Positions 1 to 12,900 of a DNA stretch of 64,000 nt are shown piece by piece. The stretch is from positions 117,428,001-117,492,000 of the forward strand of contig NC_091993.1 of the NCBI RefSeq assembly GCF_044704955.1, written 5' to 3'. How positions within the stretch are numbered: position 1 is the stretch's first letter; each line of letters begins with the position of its first letter. Position numbers and translations under genes: made by a program. Origin of the DNA: Pristiophorus japonicus. Its lineage: Eukaryota. The notes beneath the pieces are model-generated. The model was not told where the DNA came from. It saw only the letters and a program-made list of their open reading frames with translations, and made no database searches.

Positions 1-1835
1 TCTCTCCATCCCTCCCTCTCTCTCCGCTCCCTCTCCTCTCACACCCCCATCTCTCTCACTCTTCCCCCCCACCTGCTCGCTCTCTCTTCCCCCCATCTCC
101 CCTCTCTCTCCCCCCTCTCCTCTCTCTCTCTCTACCCCTCTCCTCTCTCCACCCCAGTCTCTCTCTCTTACCTGTCCATCTCTCTCCACCCACCCCCAGT
201 CTGCTCTTTCTCCCCCAGTCTGTCTCTCTCCACTCCCACCCCCCAACCTCCCGTCTCACTCTCCTCCCACCCCTGTCTCTCTGTCCCACCCCTCCCATCT
301 CTCTGGCCCTCCCCTCCTCTCTCTCTCTCCGAGTGTGTCCACCCTATCTCTGGCCCCCCCCTCCCGTCTCTCGCTCCCTCTTCCTCCAGACCCCCGTCTC
401 TCCTCCCCCATCTCTCTCTCCCCACCTTGTCTCTCTCTTCTCCCCCCCCCACACCTGTCTCTCTCTCCCCCCCACACCTGTCTCTCTCCCCCCCCACACC
501 TGTCTCTATCTCTTCCCCCCGCGACCCCACGTCTCTCTCTCACTCTCCCCTCATGTCTCTCTCTCTCTCCCCCTCTCATCTTTCTCTCCCCACCTCACAA
601 CTCTCTCCCCTCTCCTCCCTCCATCTCCCCCTTCTCCGCTCACTCTCCTCCATCTCTCTCCCCAGTCTCTAACTCTCTCTCTCTCCCAATCTCTCTCTCT
701 CTCACCCCAGTCTCTCTCGCTCTCCTGCAGTCTCTCTTTCTCTTCCCCCATCTTTCTCTCTCTCTCCCCCATCTCTCTCTCTCTCTCCCCGTGTCTCTCC
801 CTCTCTCTCCACCCCGTCTCTCTCCCTTCCCCATCTCCCTCTTCCCCATATCTCTCTCTCTCTTAGCACCCCCTCTCTCCCCACGTGTTTCTCTCGCACC
901 CGTGATCTCTCTCTCTCTTGCTCTTCCCACCCCGTCTCCCCCCTCTCTCCCTGCCCAGTCTCTCTCTCCCCCACCCTCTTCTCTCTCTCCTCCCCTCTCC
1001 TGCCTCCCCTGCAGTCTCTCTCTCTCTTGCCCACCTGTCTCTGCCCCCCGCCCCTCTCTCTCTCTTACCCTTCTGTCACTTTACCCCCTTCTCTCACACA
1101 CTACCCCCTCTCTCACCGACTCCCCCTCCCGTCTCTCTCTTCCCCTCTCATCGCTCACTCCCCACCTCCCATCTCATGCTCTCCCTCCCCCGTCCATCAC
1201 TCTTTCTTTCATTCCCGCCACTGTCTCTCTCCCCCCAGTCTCTCCCTCTCTCCCTCACCTCCGTCTCTCTCTTACTCTTCCCCCATCTTTCTCTCCCATC
1301 CCGTCTCTCTCTCTCTCTCCCCCCAGCTGTCTGTCTCCCTCTTTCCTCCCCCAGTCTCTCTCTCTCCCGTCTCTCTCTGTCCCCCACCCCTCTACTTCAT
1401 CTCTTTCTGCCCCCCCTCATCTCTCTCTCCCTCATAACTCTCCACCCCCATGTCTCTCTCCACCCCCTTTCTCTCTCTCTTCCCCTCCCCATCTCTCTCT
1501 TCCTCATCCCGTCTCTCTCTCTCACCCGTCACACTCTCTCTTCCCCCTCCACCATCTCTCTCTCTCTCCCCTCTAGTTTATTTCACCCCCCTCCCCAGCT
1601 CCCCCTTCCCCTTGTCTCTCTCTCCCCCCGCACCTGTCTGTCTCTCTCTCTCTCCCCGTCTCACTCTCTTCCCTCCACCGCCCCCACCCGCCACTGTCTC
1701 TCTCTCTTTCATCTGTCTTTCTCCCCCTCCTCTGTCTCTCTCTCCCCGTCTCTCTCTCTCTCAACACCCAAATCTTTCTCTCTCTCTCTCTCTCTCGCTC
1801 GCCCCCCAGTATCCCTCTCTCTCTCTCCCACTCCG
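1..1835. repeat. Polypyrimidine (C/T-rich) low-complexity tract, 3' part of intron 1 of receptor copy A
   Basis: The + strand is almost only C/T with degenerate (CT)n and C-runs. The long Ser/Leu/Pro and Arg/Glu/Gly ORFs here are composition artefacts. Confidence 0.95.
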
Positions 1836-1974
1836 ACGATGTTTTCTCTCACACCGAAGGCCGCAAAAATATTCCAAATAATGCAAAAGCGAGAAGCAAA
1901 TCCAGCTGCAGGCTCCAGCGGCAGAAAATGTTTCAGCAGTGATGAGCTCCACCGGGCTCATGGTTTGGCTCCCA

Positions 1975-2057
1975 GTGACTGTATTCAAAAGTAAATCATT
2001 GGCTGTGAAGCGCTTTGGCACATCCTGAGCATGTGATCAGACACTATATTAATGTTT
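1975..2057 (+). mobile_element. 3' tail fragment of L2-related SINE/LINE
   Basis: CAAAAGTAAATCATTGGCTGTGAAGCGCTTTGGCACATCCTGAG...CTATATTAATG resembles the L2-type SINE tail; the reverse complement of a similar tail is at ~33390-33470. Confidence 0.55.
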
Positions 2058-2200
2058 TCTTCCATCACAAACTAGAAGGAATTCACCTGTATCAATAGAT
2101 GTAGTGGAGATGTAGTACAGAGTGGTAACTCTTATTCAATCGTAACTGTTTGTATTAAGCAGTTATTTCCTGTTCAATTTCTGAAATATTGTCTCCTCAG

Positions 2201-2524
2201 TTTCAGGTGCATTGTGGGCAAGTAATCTAGTAAGAGGAATTGTGGGAAGAGCGATCACCATAGAATGTCACTATGGCCAATCGTACTGGTCATTTGAGAA
2301 ATATTGGTGTCAGGGCTGGACTCCAATATGCTCAGTTGTAGTAACAACAAATGATCAACATGGATGGGGAGGAAGAGTGTCAATCACAGATAACCAGAGA
2401 GCAGGAATATTTGTTGTTACGATGAAGGACCTTCGCTCAGCAGATGCAGGATGGTACAGTTGTGGTATTACAGAATCAGGCGGCTTCGATACACGTTTCA
2501 ATATAGAGCTACAAATATCTCACG
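2201..2524 (+). CDS. Receptor copy A, V-set Ig exon (CD300/CMRF35/pIgR/TREM-like; MDIR-like)
   Basis: Acceptor gtctcctcAG at 2199-2200, donor CACG|gtacat at 2525, 324 nt, phase 1-1. Protein has ITIECHY...KYWCQGWTPIC...RVSITD...FVVTMKDLRSADAGWYSCG, i.e. the canonical B/F Cys pair plus the KYWC-x6-C second disulphide typical of CD300/pIgR V domains. Confidence 0.93.
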
Positions 2525-3149
2525 GTACATTTCTCAGCGATGTGCTTTATTACTCTCTACTGAACTGTCTGATCAATGTTGTATCTGGGAGGAAACATGA
2601 GAGCTCCGATATCCCGAGGCTCCGCAGCAGTGCAGAGTCTCACAGGTAGTGGGCAGAGGTGGGGAAATCCGACTCACGGTGCACACTCCCAATCCGTGGC
2701 CTGCCCAACTTCCCGATCAGGAATTTCAAGTATTATGGGACTAACAATTCCTTTAACTACAGGGTGTTGTGCCAGACATCACATGGGAGGCTCACCACAT
2801 GTCCCTGTCTCTGAGCTGTTTTAAATGTCCCACTGTCAGAGGTTTGCCTTCAGACTGAAACTAATAGTCAGACAATAACAAAAGCAGTGAGCAGCAAGTC
2901 GTTACTAATGGTATCAATTCCTTGACATTAATAAAAATACCTGCAATCCACAGAGTTTAACAGGTTTCCTGTTTTCCTGATATGATGGGTGGCTCACATT
3001 ATCAATGAGATATTTGGTCAACTTTACAAACAATATAAAATAAAATTGAAAAGCTGGTCACTGTTTTGATTGTAAAAGAAGCCTCTTTATTAAATGTTGA
3101 GACATTATCTTCCTCCCCAGCATAACCTCCTGATGGATCAACTATTAGA

Positions 3150-5452
3150 TGCAATGGTCCGGATATTAACTTCGAGACATGTTCGGTACAGGGGATCCAG
3201 TATCGCGTAGGAAATCCGGAAGTAATTTCAGTCTGTCTGTGGCATTTTAACGCAGCCGGCCCATTATAATTTACTCCCGGGTTTGGCGTTGCATGCGCGG
3301 TAATGGGAGTGCTGCGGGCACGCATGATGCGATCTTAACTGAAGTATTTAAAGGACCAATGCAAAGATGGAATTCTAGGAGTTGGGCGGTTGGGAACAGA
3401 GACGGCAATTGTAGAAGATAGACTCAGGACGCTCAAAGCCCGCGCCCCACTTTAACAACGACTCCCTTGACGTACTAAAGGGGGCAGTGAGGAGTCGGGG
3501 AGAGATACTCTTCCCCAGAACCGAGAGGAAGAAACCTACAAAGGAGCCATGCCTGGATGTGACTGAAGATGTCAGCAGCAGGAGCATTATACCACACTCC
3601 TGGAGTCAGCACAGGTAGCTCTTTAATCACCTAACCCGGTTAGGAAAGGTGAGTATAGCTGCTCCTTCTACCTGTTGTGCATATCACCCATCCCCTCAGC
3701 CTGTCTTTTCAAGTCTACTCCATCATATCACTCCCCACACCCACTTACCTTGCGTGCACACCCATCCTTCTCTTTCTAAGCACTTCCTCACATCCCCGTC
3801 TCTCCATCACCACTGCCACTCGCCCGAATCCTTATACAATTTCATACCTCTCACTGATCATCACCCTCATCACATGCACTGCATCCATCAGGTGAACACA
3901 TGCCAATACCGTCACTCAAAGGTCTGTTATTCCTTCCCAGGGTGCACCATCACAGGACTCATGCTTACCATGCACCAATGCAGATACTCACACTTCGGTG
4001 GGTCCAGTTAGACAGATAGTTGTGTTTTTACCTGGAGACTCACACTTCACAAGTGAGCAAGAACAGAGAGTGGTGGCAGGGACTGCATCGGAGGGTACAG
4101 CACTCTCCAAACCATGTTCAGCTGGACACAGGTTCTGTACCCCGGGGGCTGTTGATGAAAAGGATAATCATTGAGGGGCAGCAGATAAGGCCTCCCACGC
4201 ACACTGTCTACAATTGCAGAGGAGTCTACCTCAAGCATGAGTGGGTTGATGTCACAGGACATTGCGAGGATGTCTTCTTCCATGGATAGAATGGCCAACT
4301 CTGGAACATCAGTCGTGACAATCAAATGAGTCCATGCAAGCCTTGACCACAGCCATAGATATCTGGCACCTTAAATAGGATGGCAGACACCTTAGCCTTG
4401 TCCTTACAGCACATCACTGATCTGCTCAACAGCAGAGAGGTAGGAGTGAAGTGCGATTGGGCCTTCAGAGGGATGATGGTGAAAGGCGATATGGAAGTGG
4501 GGACTCCAATCAAAGTGCTCCCACTTCTCCACCACTGTCCCACCCCACCCCTCAGTCAGTACCCGACATGCTGCCTCCTCTCCCAATGGCTGAGTCTGCC
4601 ACTGCACAGGTGCAGGTGAAGCAGTCTTTGGCAGGGCCCTCGTGGGCTCCAAACAGAGGACGGCGACCACTCAGCAGTCAGAGCAGAGAGCTGAGCAGCC
4701 TATCTTTACCTCTGCGTAAGTCATAAATATTGCACCACATAGGAGCGTTAAGAAAAGTGTAAAGTTTTGTAGTTGCACAAGCCTATGCACATGTGTGTTT
4801 GAGAAATTGCTATGCTGTTAAGTAATGGTCCTTGAGCAGAACCACATAAAATATTTAACTTTGCACCACTTTAACTTGTTGCCCCTTATTGGCTGCTGGA
4901 TTGCAACTGGTCTTTTCAGTTGCTCGTTAATGAATGGGAAGACGTGAATTGATGGGGAGATGAGCAATGGTGGTTGGTGGGTAGCAGGTCTGCTTTGTGT
5001 CAGTGGGATTGGTGCAGGGGTGGGGGCGTTGGGTGGGGTGGAGGTGGGGGTGGGGAGTTGGGAACAGCCATTGGATGTGGTTGTTACATCAGCCCAGTGG
5101 TGGTAACTGACTGAACCTTACAGCTATAAAGGAAACACTGGCATCGCGGGCAGCAATTTGAGTGACTGGTGCTGCGTTAGGGTCGCAATCTCTTCCTCCT
5201 CTTCCTGCTCCTTTTCCTCTTATCTTCCTCCTCCTTTTCCTCTTATCTTCCTCCTCTGTCTCGGAATGGTCCGCAGACAACGTGTGCTCAGCTCCTTGTT
5301 CCTCCTGCAGCTCCAATCTCGCTGCTGCGCAGTGTTGTGCAGAGCGCAGTAAACCACCATCATTCTGTAGGCCCAGGCTGGTGAGCACTGAAGGGCGCCT
5401 CCAGATCTGTCCAGGCAACTTGAGGGTGATGTCAGGAAACACTTCTTCCCAC
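3150..5452. mobile_element. Degenerate PIF/Harbinger transposon (Myb/SANT-like gene on +, 3' end of transposase on -)
   Basis: The + strand 3425-3648 reads RAPHFNNDSLDVLKGAVRSRGEILFP...VSSRSIIPHSWSQHR*LFNHLTRLGK followed by a gtgagt donor. The - strand 5100-5450 reads CLDRSGGALQCSP...VYCALHN plus an acidic tail, a HARBI-like C-terminus. Boundaries approximate. Confidence 0.7.
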
Positions 5453-5454
5453 AA

Positions 5455-5672
5455 AGGGTAGTGGAACTATCGAAATCTCTACCCCAGAAATCTGTTGATG
5501 CTGGGGGTCAATTGAAAATTGCAAAACTGTCATTGGCCAATTTGCTTAGGCAAAGGTACTCAGGGTTATGGAACCAAGGCCGGTAGATGGAGATAAGATA
5601 TAGATCAGCCAAGATTTAATTGAATGGCGGATCAGGCCCAAGGGGCTGAAACGCTTACGCCTTTTTCTATGT
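5455..5672 (+). mobile_element. CR1 LINE 3'-end fragment
   Basis: TTCCCACAAAGGGTAGTGGAA...GATCAGCC...GAATGGCGG...TTTCTATGTTC matches the 3' ends of the other CR1 copies in the window. Confidence 0.7.
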
Positions 5673-6124
5673 TCAGGACCTCCTGTTTATTTTTCAATGA
5701 ATCTGAGTGTGCGAATAGAAAAGTAATTAAACCCACAAAACATGTAACAGATATCTGCCAGTTTTTTGCCGTTGTATTCTGCTGTAGTTTTCAATCTCTC
5801 TATAACTAGTCCACATTCAAGAGTTAAACAATGAAATAACATTGGAGGCTGGCTACCTGCTACTGAGAGAAATTGTTAGCCCTGATTTTCACATTGACGC
5901 ATCCTCAGTATCATTGCTGCTGTCCCGATCTGGAGCCCTGCTATGTTCTGATATAATGGCAGACACGGTAGTTCAGTCTGCTGGGAGAATGGAGAGACAT
6001 GGAGAGGGAGATGTGAGATTCCAACATGGCAGGCCCTGGCTGAGATGCAGAAGTGCTGAAAATTGGAGAGTGTTTGATTTTTAAATGTTTAGTCAATATC
6101 TGAATGTTTGTTTCTTTCCCACAG

Positions 6125-6448
6125 AATCCGTGTCAGTTCCTGTACTTAGATATTTATCGCCACCAAATGTCTCATGTTCTGGGGGCTCAGTGTCAGCCTC
6201 CTGTGAGTCTGTCCAGGGATCCCTTCCCATTCAGTACACATGGTATGAACAGACCCCGATTAAAGGTTCAAAGATCTCCGACACCAATAAACTGGATCTA
6301 CATTGTCAATCCTTCAAACAGCAACATCATCAATATTACTGCACAGCCTCAAATAATCAGGGAGAGAAATCCAGTGAAATGGTCGATGTGTCAGTCTTCA
6401 ACAGAGCAGGGAAGCACTGCAGTTATGTGACACAAATCAGTGGCATTG
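6125..6448 (+). CDS. Receptor copy A, second Ig exon (C2/I-set, FCRL-like)
   Basis: Acceptor tttctttcccacAG, donor ATTG|gtaagt, 324 nt, phase 1-1. Protein ESVSVPVL...SASCESVQGSLPIQYTWY...YYCTASNNQG..SEMVDVSV. Confidence 0.92.
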
Positions 6449-6467
6449 GTAAGTGTTACTTTAAACA

Positions 6468-8810
6468 AACATAGAAACATAGAAAATAGGTGCAGGAGTA
6501 GGCCATTCGGCCTTTCGAGCCTGCACCGCCATTCAATGAGTTCATGGCTGAACATGCAACTTCAGTACCCCATTCCTGCTTTCTCGCCATACCCCTTGAT
6601 CCCCCTAGTAGTAAGGACCACATCTAACTCCTTTTTGAATATATTTGGTGAATTGGCCTCAACAACTTTCTGTGGTAGAGAATTCCACAGGTTCAACACT
6701 CTCTGGAGGAAGAAGTTTCTCCTCATCTCTGTCCTAAATGACTTACCCCTTATCCTTAGACTGTGACCCCTGGTTCAGGACTTCCCCAACATTGGGAACA
6801 TTCTTCCTTCATCTAACCTGCCTAAATCCGTCAGAATTTTAAACGTTTCTATGAAATCCCCTCTCATTCTTCTGAACGTCAGTGAATACAAGCCCAGTTG
6901 ATCCAGTCTTTCTTGATATGTCAGTCCCGCCATCCCGGGAATCAGTTTGGTGAACCTTTGCTGCACTCCCTCAATAGCAAGAATGTCCTTCCTCAAGTTA
7001 GGAGACCAAAACTGTACACACTACTCCAGGTGTGGCCTCACCAAGGCCCTGTACAACTGTAGTAACACCTCCCTGCCCCTGTACTCAAATCCCCTCGCTA
7101 TGAAGGCCCACATGCCATTTGCTTTCTTAACCGCATGCTGCACCTGCATGCCAACCTTCAATAACTGATGTACCATGACACCCAGGTCTCATTGCACCTC
7201 CCGTTTTCCTAATCTGTCACCATTCAGATAATAGTCTGTCTCTCTGTTTTTACCACCAAAGTAGATAACCTCACATTTATCCACATTATACTTCATCTGC
7301 CATGCATTTGCCCACTCACCTAACCCATCCAAATCACTCTGCAGCCTCATAGCATCCTCCTCGCAGCTCACACTGCCACCCAACTTAGTGTCATCCGCAA
7401 ATTTGGAGATACTACATTTAATCCCCTCGTCTAAATCATTAATGTACAATGTACACAGCTGGGGCCCCAGCACAGAACCTTGCGGTACCCCACTAGTCAC
7501 TGCCTGCCATTCTGAAAAGTAACCATTTACTCCTACTCTTTGCTTTCTGTCTGCCACCAGTTCTCAATTCACATCAGCACACTACCCCCAATCCCATGTG
7601 CTTTAACTTTGCACATTAATCTCTTGTGTGGGACCTGGTCGAAAGCCTTCTGAAAGTCCAAATACATCACATCAACTGGTTCTTCCTTGTCCACTCTACT
7701 GGAAACATCCTCAAAAAATTCCAGAAGATTTATCAAGCATGATTTCCCTTTCACAAATCCATGCTGACTTGGACGTATCATGTCACCTCTTTCCAAATGC
7801 GCAGCTATGACATCCTTAATAATTGATTCCATCATTTTACCCACTACTGATGTCAGGCTGACTGGTCTATAATTCCCTGCTTTCTCTCTCCCTCCTTTTT
7901 TAAAAAGTGGGGTTACATTGGCTACCCTCCACTCCATAGGAACTGATCCAGAGTCAATGGAATGTTGGAAAATGACTGTCAATACATCGGCTATTTCCAA
8001 GGCCATCTCCTTAAGTACTCTGGGATGCAGACCATCAGGCCCTGGGGATTTATCGGCCTTCAATCCCATCAATTTCCCCAACACAATTTCCCGACTAATA
8101 AGGATTTCCCTCAGTTCCTCCTTCTTACTAGACCCTCTGACCCCTTTTATATCCGGAAGATTGTTTGTGCCCTCCTTAGTGAATACCGAACCAAAGTACT
8201 TGTTCAATTAGTCTGCCATTTCTTTGTTCCCCGTTATGACTTCCCCTGATTCTGACTGCAGGGGACCTATGTTTGTCTTTGCTAACCTTTTTCTCTTTAC
8301 ATATCTATAGAAGCTTTTGCAGTACGTTTTAATGTTCCCTGCACGCTTCCTCTCGTACTCTATTTTCCCTGCCCTAATCAAACCCTTTGTCCTCCTCTGC
8401 TGAGTTCTAAATTTCTCCCAGTCCCTGGGTTCGTTGCTATTTCTGGCCAATTTGTATGCCACTTCCTTGGCTTTAATACTATCCCTGATTTCCCTTAATA
8501 GCCACGGTTGAGCCACCTTCCCTTTTTTATTTTTACGCCAGACAGGGATGTACAATTGTTGTAGTTCATCCATGCGGTCTCTAAATGTCTGCCATTGCCC
8601 ATCCACCGTCAACCCCTTAAGTATCATTCGCCAATCTATCCTAGCCAATTCACGCCTCATACCTTCAAAGTTACCCTTCTTTAAGTTCTGGATCATGGTC
8701 TCTGAATTAACTGTTTCATTCTCCATCCTAATGCAGAATTCCACCATATTATGGTCACTCTTCCCCAAGGGGAACGAGATTGCTAATTAATCCTCTCTCA
8801 TTACACAATA
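6468..8810 (-). mobile_element. 5'-truncated CR1 (HER1-like) LINE, ORF2 RT region, disrupted
   Basis: KSPGPDG, YRPVSLTS, YLDFQKAFD, GVPQGSVLGP and KFADDTK motifs; (AGAAACAT)n tail starts ~20 nt after the exon donor. Confidence 0.95.
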
Positions 8811-9034
8811 TGGTTAATGAATTTTTTAAATGAGTATCGATCCAAACTGGTCACTGGTTAAATGCCTTCAGTCACTGAGCGACTTCAAGTGGCCAAATTC
8901 AATCCATTTGGATCGCTCAATAGTTAAAAACAGAATTATTCAGTCACCATAACACCATGTCCCTGGTTCTGAATTAAGGAGGACTTAAGTTAATTTAAAT
9001 GTATTGGTTTAATTTTTCGCAGAGTGGGCACATG

Positions 9035-9775
9035 AAAACTTAAGAAATAGGAGTAGGAGTAGGCCATATGGCCCCTCGAGCCTGCTCCGCCATTCAATAA
9101 GATCATGGACTCAGGTCCACTTCCCTGCCCACTCCCCATGACCCCTTATCCCCTTATCATTAAAGAAACTGTCTATTTCTGTCTTAAATTTATTCAATTT
9201 CCCAGCTTCCACAGCTATCTGAGGCAGCGAATTCCACAGATTTACAACCCTCAAAGAAGAAATTTCTCCTCATCTCTGTTTTAAATGGGCGGCCTCTTAT
9301 TCTAAGATCATGCCCTCTAGTTCTAGTCTCCCCCATCAGTGGAAACATCCTCTCTGCATCCACCTTGTCAAGCCCCCTCATAATCTTATATGTTTCGATA
9401 AGATCACCTCTCTTTCTTTTGAATTCCAGTGAGTAGAGGCCCAACCTACTCAACCTTTCCTCATAAGTCAACCCCCTCATCCCCGAAATCAACCTCGTGA
9501 ACCTTCTCTGAACTGCATCCAAAATAAGTATATCCTTTTCGTAAATATGGAAACCAAAACTGCACGCAGTATTCCAGGTGTGGCCTTACCAATACCTTGT
9601 ATAGCTGTAACAAGACATCCCTACTTTTATACACCATCCCCTTTGCAATAAAGGCCAAGATACCATTGGCTTTCCTGATCACTTGCTGTACCTGCATACT
9701 AACCGTTTGTGTTTCATGCACAAGTACCCCCAGGTCCTGCTGTACTGCTGCACTTTGCAATCTTTCTCCATTTCG
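9035..9775 (-). mobile_element. CR1 LINE 3' fragment (second subfamily)
   Basis: ORFs 9190-9760 give VRPHLEYCVQFW and RRFTRLI...RGDLIETYK, followed by the CR1 3' hairpin and tail. Confidence 0.9.
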
Positions 9776-9939
9776 GAGGATAGAAGCAATATGTTCGCAA
9801 TATGTTCACCAGTGGCTGCGCTGAGAAACATCAAAATGGTCAGAAAACAAAGAGAAATGCATTTCCTCCTAAGCAGCAATAAATATAAATGAACATATGC
9901 AAATATTGACTCTGGCCATATGCTCGTGGATTCACTTGC

Positions 9940-12900
9940 AGAGATAATGTTTCAGGTCGATGACCCTTTGTCAGAACTGGAAAAGATTAAAGATCTAACA
10001 GGTATTTGAGCAAGTATAGGGGCAGTGAAAGGGGGAGGGGAGGAAAGAACAAAAGGTAAGGTCTGTGATAGGGTGGAAGGCAGGAGAGATTAAGAAAGAA
10101 AAGGGATGATGGTGCAATGCAAAAGGAGTTGGCAATGAGCATTCTGTGGGGAGAGGGTGAACAGCCAGAGGCCATGGTCCATATCGGTACCAATGACAGG
10201 TAGAAAGAAGGATGAAGTCATGCAGGCAGATTTCAGAGAGCAAGCAGAGAGGTTAAAAAGCAGGACCCCAAAGATAGTAATCGGCGGATTACTACCGGTG
10301 CCACGTGCTAGTGAGTAAAGAAATCGGAGGATAGAGCAGATGATTGCGTGGCTGGAGAGATGGTGCACCAGGGAGGGCTTTAGGTTCCTGATCCATTGGG
10401 ACCGTTTCCGGGGGAGGTGGGACCTGTACACCTCAATAGAACCGGGACCAATATCCTCGCGGGGGGGAGCGGGCGGTGGTATATTGCCAGTGCTGTTGGG
10501 AAGGAGTTAATCTAGATTGGCGGGGGATGGGAAGCTGGGAATAAATTCAGAAGGAAGAGAAGCAAAGCTGGAATTGGAAAGCAGAAAAGTAGAAAGTTAA
10601 TTTGGAAGGCAGAGGAAACAATGGCTAGAAAATAGACAACAAGGGAGTTTGGTAGTGCTAAATGGTATATATTTCAATGCAAGGAGTCTGGGGAATAAGG
10701 CAGATGAGCTGAGAGCACAGATAGACACTTGGGAGTAGGATGTTATAGCTATTTCTGAGACATGGCTGAAAGAAGCGAAGGTATGGCAGCTCAACATTCC
10801 TAGTTACAGGGTTTTCAGATGGGATAGAGAGGGGGATAAAGAGGATGGGGGCGTGGCAGTATTGATTAAAGAAACAATTACACCTGTGAGGAACGATGAT
10901 ATGTTAGCAGGATTATCAAATGAGGCTATGTGGGTTAAATTGAACAACAAAAAAGTGGCGCTCACACTGCTGGGAGTGTACTATTGACCCACAGTCAGAG
11001 GATGATCGAAGAGCAAACATGCAGGCAGATTTCTGAGTATTGCAAAAACTATAGGGCTGCAATAGTAGGGGATTTCAACTGCCCTAATATTAACTGGGAT
11101 AACATTAGTGTGAAAGTTATACAGGGTGCGGAATTCCTAAAATGCATTCAGGGGACCTTTTTTAGCCAGTATGTAGCAAGCCCAACAAGGGAGGGGGCGG
11201 TTTTGGACTTAGTTTTAGGGAATGAAGCCTGCAGATAGAAGGTGTATCAATGGAAGAGTATTTTGGTGCTAGTGATCATAATTCAGATAGATTTAGGGTA
11301 GTTATGGAAAAGGACAAGATAGACCAGGAATAAAAGTGCTCAATTGGGGAAAAGCCAATTTTGTTATGTTGAGATGGTATTTAGCCAAAGTAGACTGGGA
11401 ACAGCTATTTGAAGGTAAATCAGTGTCAGAGCAGTGGGAGACATTCAAGGAGGAGATCCTGAATGTTCAGAGCAAGTATGTTCCCTTCAAGAAAAAAGGT
11501 GGGACTAATCTGGAGCCTCCTGGGTGTCATGGGGCATACAGGGTAGGAGAAAGGAAAAAAAGGGAGGCATGTGACAGATACCAAGGACTCAAAACTTCAG
11601 AAACTCTAGAGAAGTATAGTAAGTGCAGGGGTGAAATTAAAAAGGAAATTAGGAAAGCAAAGAGAGAGAATGAAAACATTTTGGCAAGTAAATTCAAGGA
11701 AAACCCAAATATTTTTCATAAATACATTAACAGCAAGAGGATAACTAAAGAAAAAGTAGGGCCCATTAGAAACAAAAAGGTAATCTGTGTGTGGAGTCAG
11801 ATGTGTGTAGGGTTCTTAATGAATACTTTGCATCTGTTTTCACAAAAGAAAGAGGTGATGCAGACATTGCAATGAGGGAGAAGGAACATGAAATATTGGA
11901 TGAAATAAACATAGAGAGAGAGGAAGTATTAAGGGGTTTAGCAGCTTTGAAAGTGGATAAGTCCCCAGGCCCGGATGAAATGTGTGCCAGGCTGTTGAGA
12001 AGCAAAAGAGGAAATAGCAGAGGCTTTGACCATCATTTTCCAAACCTCTCTGGCAACAGGTGTGGTGCCTGATGACTGGAGGACTGCTAATGTTGTACCT
12101 CTGTTTAAAAAAAGGAGAAAGGGATAGACTGAGTAATTACAGGCCAGTCAGCTGAACCTCCGTGGTGGCAAAATTATTGGAAAAAATGGTGTGGGACAGG
12201 ATAAATCTTCATTTAGAAACACACAGATTAATCAAGGACAGGCAGCATGGATGTTTTAAGGGAAGGTCGTGTCTGACTAACTTGATTGCATTTTTTGAGG
12301 AGGTAACAAGGAGGTTCGATGAGGGTAGCACGTTTGATGTAGTGTCTATGGATTTTAGCAAGGCTTTTGATAAGTTCCCACATGGCAGACTGGTTACAAA
12401 ATTAAAAGCCCATGGGACCAAGGCAAAGTGGCAAGTTGGATCCAAAATTGGCACAGAGGCAGGAAGCAAAGGGTAATGGTTGGTGGGTGGTTTTGTGACT
12501 GGAAGGCTGTTTCCAGTGGATTTCCACAGGGCTCAGTACTAGGTCCCTTGCTTTTTGTAGTATATATCAATGATTTAGACTTGAATGTAGAGTGTATGAT
12601 TAAGAAGTTTGCAGATGATACAAAAATTGGCTGTGGGGTTGATAATGAAGAAAGCTGTAGACTGCAGGAAGATATCATTGAACTGGTGGACAGAACAGTG
12701 ACAAATGGAATTCAATCCGGAGAAGTGTGAGGCAATGCATTTCGGGAGGAGTAACAAGACAAGAGAATACACATTAAATGGTGGGACACTGAGAAGTGTA
12801 GAGGAACAAAGGGACCTTGGAGTGCAGGTCCACAGGTTCCTGAAAGTAGCAAGTTCGATAGATAAGGTGCGAAGAAGCCATTCGGAATACTTGCCTTCAT

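Noticed and set aside
2525-2600. Rearranging Ig/TCR V segment
   Set aside because: The exon already includes the G strand and ends in a splice donor; there is no CACAGTG/ACAAAAACC RSS, and the Cys pattern is CD300/pIgR-like.
2212-2649. Single-exon readings of the Ig ORFs (2212-2649, 6085-6474 and their duplicates)
   Set aside because: The starts are TTG or intronic and the tails run past good GT donors; they are internal phase-1 exons.
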